From Myxococcota bacterium (GTDB taxonomy: Bacteria > Myxococcota_A > Polyangia > Polyangiales > Sandaracinaceae), in the NCBI GenBank assembly GCA_036149055.1, contig JAYZQJ010000116.1:1-50301 (forward strand): 50,301 nucleotides of DNA. Reading direction: 5' to 3'. Positions 46,896 to 50,301 of this stretch are shown here, piece by piece. Position 1 is the stretch's first letter, and each line of letters begins with the position of its first letter. The notes under the pieces are model-generated. The model was given only the letters and a program-made list of their open reading frames with translations, had not been told where the DNA came from and did not search any database. Position numbers and translations under genes: made by a program.

Positions 46896-47801
46896 ATGGA
46901 GTGGCTCAACTACCACCACCTCCTCTACTTCTGGATGGTGGCCAAAGAAGGCACGGTGACCGCGGCCGCGCGCAAGCTCAGCCTCTCGCAGCCCACGGTG
47001 AGCGAGCAGCTCAAGTCCCTGGAGCAGAGCCTCGGCGAGCCCCTGTTCCGGCGCGCGGGTCGCCGGCTGGAGCTCACCGAGGTGGGGCAGGTCGTCTTCC
47101 GGTATGCGGACGAGATCTTCGCGCTGGGACGCGAGATGCAGGACGCCCTCGTCGGGAGGGGTCTGGGTGCTCGACCGGCAAAGCTGCACGTCGGGGTGAG
47201 CGACCTGGTACCGAAGCTGGTCCTCTATCGGCTGCTCGAGCCGGCGCTCACCCTCGAAGAGCGGGTGCAGTTGGTCTGCCGCGAGGACAAGACCGAGCGT
47301 CTGCTCGGCGAGCTGAGCATGCAGAGCCTCGACCTCGTGATCGCGGAGGCGCCGCTCGCGCGCCAGGCCAAGGTGCGCGCCTACAACCACCTGCTCGGCG
47401 AGTGCGGCGTCACCTTCTACGCGGCCAAGCCGCTCGCGAAGGCGCTGACCCGCGGCTTCCCGGAGAGCCTCGACGACGCGCCCATGCTCCTGCCGACCGA
47501 CAACACCCTGCTCCGTCGCGACCTCGACCAGTGGTTCGAGCGGCGCGGCGTCCGCCCGAACCTGGTCGCCGAGTTCGAGGACAGCGCGCTCCTGAAGGCC
47601 TTCGGTCAGAACGGCGCCGGCGTCTTCCCCGGCCCGACGGCGATCGAGGACGAGATCCGGTCCCAGTACGACGTCGACGTCATCGGCCGCGCCCCCGAGG
47701 TCCGCGAGCGCTTCTACGCCATCACCGTGAAGCGCCGCCTCGAGCACCCCGCGGTCCGCGCGATCAGCGAGGCGGCCAAAGCGCGGATCTTTGCCAGCTG
47801 A
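46896..47801 (+). CDS. nhaR: Transcriptional activator NhaR (LysR family)
   Basis: MEWLNYHHLLYFWMVAKEG, YADEIFALGRE, PKLVLYRLL, HLLGECGV, FPESLD.AP.LLP and EFEDSALLKAFG are NhaR signatures. Confidence 0.92.
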   Translation: MEWLNYHHLLYFWMVAKEGTVTAAARKLSLSQPTVSEQLKSLEQSLGEPLFRRAGRRLELTEVGQVVFRYADEIFALGREMQDALVGRGLGARPAKLHVGVSDLVPKLVLYRLLEPALTLEERVQLVCREDKTERLLGELSMQSLDLVIAEAPLARQAKVRAYNHLLGECGVTFYAAKPLAKALTRGFPESLDDAPMLLPTDNTLLRRDLDQWFERRGVRPNLVAEFEDSALLKAFGQNGAGVFPGPTAIEDEIRSQYDVDVIGRAPEVRERFYAITVKRRLEHPAVRAISEAAKARIFAS

Positions 47802-47825
47802 GCGGCGGACGTTCATCGTGGCCGC

Positions 47826-48515
47826 GTGGAGACGAACGGACCTCGGCGGATCCTCGCGATGGGCGGCGGCGGCTTCTCGATGGAGCCGGACAACCTCCGC
47901 CTCGACGAGCACGCCTTGATGCTGACCGGGCAAGCGCGGCCGCGCGTCTGCTTCGTGCCGACCGCGAGCGGCGACTCGGAGCGCTACCTCGTCGGCTTCT
48001 ACACCGCCTTCAGCCAGCGGGCCGAGGCGACGCACCTGCCGCTCTTCCGCCGGGACGACCGCGACCTGCGCGAGCTGCTCCTCGCGCAGCACATCATCTA
48101 CGTGGGCGGCGGCAACACCGCCAACATGCTCTCGATCTGGCGCGTGCACGGCGTCGACGCGATCCTCCGCGAAGCCTACGAGGCCGGCGTGCTCCTCTGC
48201 GGCCTGAGCGCCGGCGCGATCTGCTGGTTCGAGTCCTCGGTCACCGACTCCTTCGGCGGCATGGCCCCGCTCCACGACGGCCTCGGCCTCCTCGCCGGGA
48301 GCTTCTGCCCTCACTTCGACGGCGAGGCCGAGCGCCGCCCCACCTACCACCGCCTCGTCGCCCAGGGCGCGCTGCCGCCCGGCTACGCAGCGGACGACGG
48401 CGCCGCGATCCTCTTCACCGACGGCGCCCTCGATCACGTCGTGACCTCCCGCCCCGACGCCGCCGCCTACCGCGTCACCCGCGAAGGAGACCGCGCGATC
48501 GAGGAGCGCCTCTAG
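47826..48515 (+). CDS. pepE: Peptidase E (family S51)
   Basis: MGGGGFS, FVPTASGD, IYVGGGNTANML, GLSAGA (catalytic Ser) and CPHFDGE motifs. Confidence 0.9.
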   Translation: METNGPRRILAMGGGGFSMEPDNLRLDEHALMLTGQARPRVCFVPTASGDSERYLVGFYTAFSQRAEATHLPLFRRDDRDLRELLLAQHIIYVGGGNTANMLSIWRVHGVDAILREAYEAGVLLCGLSAGAICWFESSVTDSFGGMAPLHDGLGLLAGSFCPHFDGEAERRPTYHRLVAQGALPPGYAADDGAAILFTDGALDHVVTSRPDAAAYRVTREGDRAIEERL

Positions 48516-48652
48516 CAGCGCTGCGATCTCTGCCGAATCGAGATCCGGGCCTTCGATTCGGCAGAGCCTCGAACCGCGTCGCGCTCTCGAGCCGCACGCG
48601 ATGAATCGGCAGAGAACCGCGCATGCGCCGAGGGCTCCGCGTCCGGGCGGGC

Positions 48653-48848
48653 ATGCGCGGGAAGGGAGGCGGCGCAACGCACGCTTCCGCTGCTCACACG
48701 GCGACGCGCGGAAGAGCGCCGGTCGCAGCCCAGGGGGAGAAGCCGGGCTTGCAGCACCCGGGAGCGCCTTCGCGGCCCGGCGCCCCGTGCGGGTCACGCC
48801 GAAGGTCATGCGCGGCATCTGGAGCCTGCGCGGCTCTCGGCGCGCTAG
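48653..48848 (+). pseudogene. Degenerate 5' fragment of the HUH transposase, copy 1
   Basis: Aligns with 49831 to about 50023 (ends gaaggtcatgcgcggcatctggagcctgcgcggc) with multiple indels. Confidence 0.8.
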
Positions 48849-49172
48849 CAGCGAGAGCAGCGGCCGGCCCCGGCGTCCGGGAGCTCCCCGCCGGATCTCT
48901 GCCGAATCGAGAGCAGCGGCCGCCCCGGCGAGGAGGAGCTCGCGCCGGATCTCTGCCAAATCGAGATCCGGTGCCGCGAAGTCGATTCAGCAGAGCTTCG
49001 AACGCCGCCGCGTCGCGCTCCGGAGCCGGTTCACCGTACTCGAGGCCGCACACATGAATCGGCAGAGCTCCCACGGCGTTCTCCGCCGAATCGAGTCCGC
49101 ACCCGGTGAATCGGCAGAGAATCCCGGCGATACGCATCACAGTCGCGACGAGGGCTCTGCGTCCGTACGGGC

Positions 49173-49379
49173 ATGCGCAAGAGAAGGAAGGCGGAGCAAG
49201 TTGCGCTCCCGCCGTTCAGACATGGCGGCGCGCGGAAGGCGCCGACCGCAAGCCCAAGGGGAAGAAGGCGGGCGTGCCGCACAGCACCCGGAGCGCTTCG
49301 CGGCGCGGCACCCCGTGCGGGTCACGTCGAAGGTCACGCGAGGCATCTGGAGCCTGCGCGGCCGGCGCCTCTCGACGCG
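49173..49379 (+). pseudogene. Degenerate 5' fragment of the HUH transposase, copy 2
   Basis: MRKRRKAEQVALPPFRHGGARK then frameshifts; DNA aligns with 49831-50039. Confidence 0.85.
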
Positions 49380-49830
49380 CGGAGCGGCGCCGCGACAGTG
49401 TCGAGCGAGGCCTGCCCCAGCCTGTGCTGGCCCGCTGCCACCGCCCACACCGCAAGCTCCTGAACTGTTCATCGGGCTGCACGAGATCTCTGCCGAATCG
49501 AGAGCAGCGCCCACCCCCACGACGGGGAGCTCGCCGCCGGATCTCCGCCGAATCGAGGGCAGCGGCCGCCCCGGCGACGGGGAGCTCGCGCCGGATCTCT
49601 GCCGAATCGAGATCCGGTGCCGCGAAGTCGATTCAGCAGAGCTTCGAACGCCGCCGCGTCGCGCTCTCGAGCCGGTTCGTCGCGCTCGAGGCCGCTCACA
49701 TGAATCGGCAGAGCTCCCACGGCGTTCTCCGCCGAATCGAGCCCGCACCGATGAATCGGCAGAGAAGGACCGCGCATCTTTCATTGCAAACTTGCGTCAG
49801 TCGCACCGAGGGCTCTGCGTCCGTACGGGC

Positions 49831-50301
49831 ATGCGCAGGAAGAAGAGGGCGGAGCAAGGTACGCTCCTGCTGTTCAGACACGGCGGCGCGCGGAAGGGCG
49901 CCGGTCGCAAGCCCAAGGGAGACGAGGCGGGGGTCCCCCACACCCCCCGCGAGCGCTTCGCGGCGCGGCACCCGGTGCTGGTCACGCTGAAGGTCATGCG
50001 CGGCATCTGGAGCCTGCGCGGCCGGCGCCTCTCGACGCGGCTCTGGGAGATCATCGCGAAGGCGAACGCCCGGGGCGGGGTGCGTATCGTGCACTTCTCC
50101 ATCCAGCGGAACCACCTCCACCTCCTGGTCGAGGCGGAGGACGCGGAGCTCCTCGCGCGCGGCATGCAGGGGCTGAGCGTGCGCATCGCGCGCATGGTCA
50201 ACCGCACCATGGGTCGCAAGGGCACCGTCTTCGCCGACCGCTACCACAGCCGCGCGCTCACCACGCCCCGGGCCGTCCGCAACGCGATCGCCTACGTGCT
50301 C
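49831..50301 (+). mobile_element. REP-associated tyrosine (Y1 HUH, IS200/RAYT-like) transposase, truncated by the window end
   Basis: Own translation: MRRKKRAEQG...HGGARKGAGRKPK...HPVLVTLK...VHFSIQRNHLHLLVE (HUH)...GTVFADRYHSRAL...RNAIAYVL (catalytic Tyr). Absent from the ORF track because there is no stop in the window. Confidence 0.92.

Larger units (their letters stand above)
48525..49830. repeat. REP/BIME-like mosaic of ctct(c)gccgaatcga motifs in three tandem units
   Basis: About 8 forward copies of (t/c)gccgaatcgag and about 8 reverse-type copies (gattcggcagag/gaatcggcagag). Perfect 14-bp stem hairpin at about 48527-48566. Confidence 0.85.

Noticed and set aside
48653..50039. Diversity-generating retroelement (template/variable repeats)
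   Set aside because: Differences include indels and are not adenine-specific, and there is no reverse transcriptase.
49696..50247. 183-aa minus-strand ORF
   Set aside because: Antisense shadow of the plus-strand HUH transposase.
1..50301. tRNA/rRNA genes or prophage
   Set aside because: No cloverleaf, rRNA-like sequence or phage structural genes were recognised by eye.

Overview
This is a very GC-rich (about 70-75% by hand counts of sample lines) bacterial chromosome segment. Its gene types suggest Myxococcota, probably Polyangia/Sandaracinaceae-like; this is an inference from the Cys-rich lipoproteins and the ECF-sigma/anti-sigma/beta-barrel cluster. About 45 CDSs are supportable, and most long ORFs in the supplied track are antisense or off-frame shadows. 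Recognisable content: LysR with an NAD-dependent epimerase, cysQ, Smr, an M23 peptidase, TetR regulators, a poly-gamma-glutamate operon (pgsB-pgsC-pgsW) flanked by lipoproteins, an FHA-EAL protein, recC-recD with no recB in the window, an ECF sigma cluster, two desaturases with SCP2, a tandem GNAT, a class-V aminotransferase, nhaR divergent from an HPF-like/ABC/HlyD/TolC operon, peptidase E, and a REP-associated HUH (Y1/RAYT-like) transposase running off the right end. Three things stand out. (1) At 25.2-26.6 kb, three small lower-GC immunity-type genes (barstar, DUF4288-like, DUF6984-like) are separated by an exact 36-bp repeat, closed by an inverted copy, and capped by a truncated Uma2 gene. 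This looks like a gene-cassette array that is neither an integron nor CRISPR. (2) The NhaR-linked type-I-secretion-like operon has a single ABC subunit that has lost every ATPase motif, an HlyD ending in an 84-aa Gly/Tyr low-complexity tail, and a Tyr-enriched TolC. (3) A REP-hairpin mosaic plus transposase 5' end is repeated three times in tandem at 48.5-50.3 kb. All family calls come from motif recognition by eye; no database search was run.
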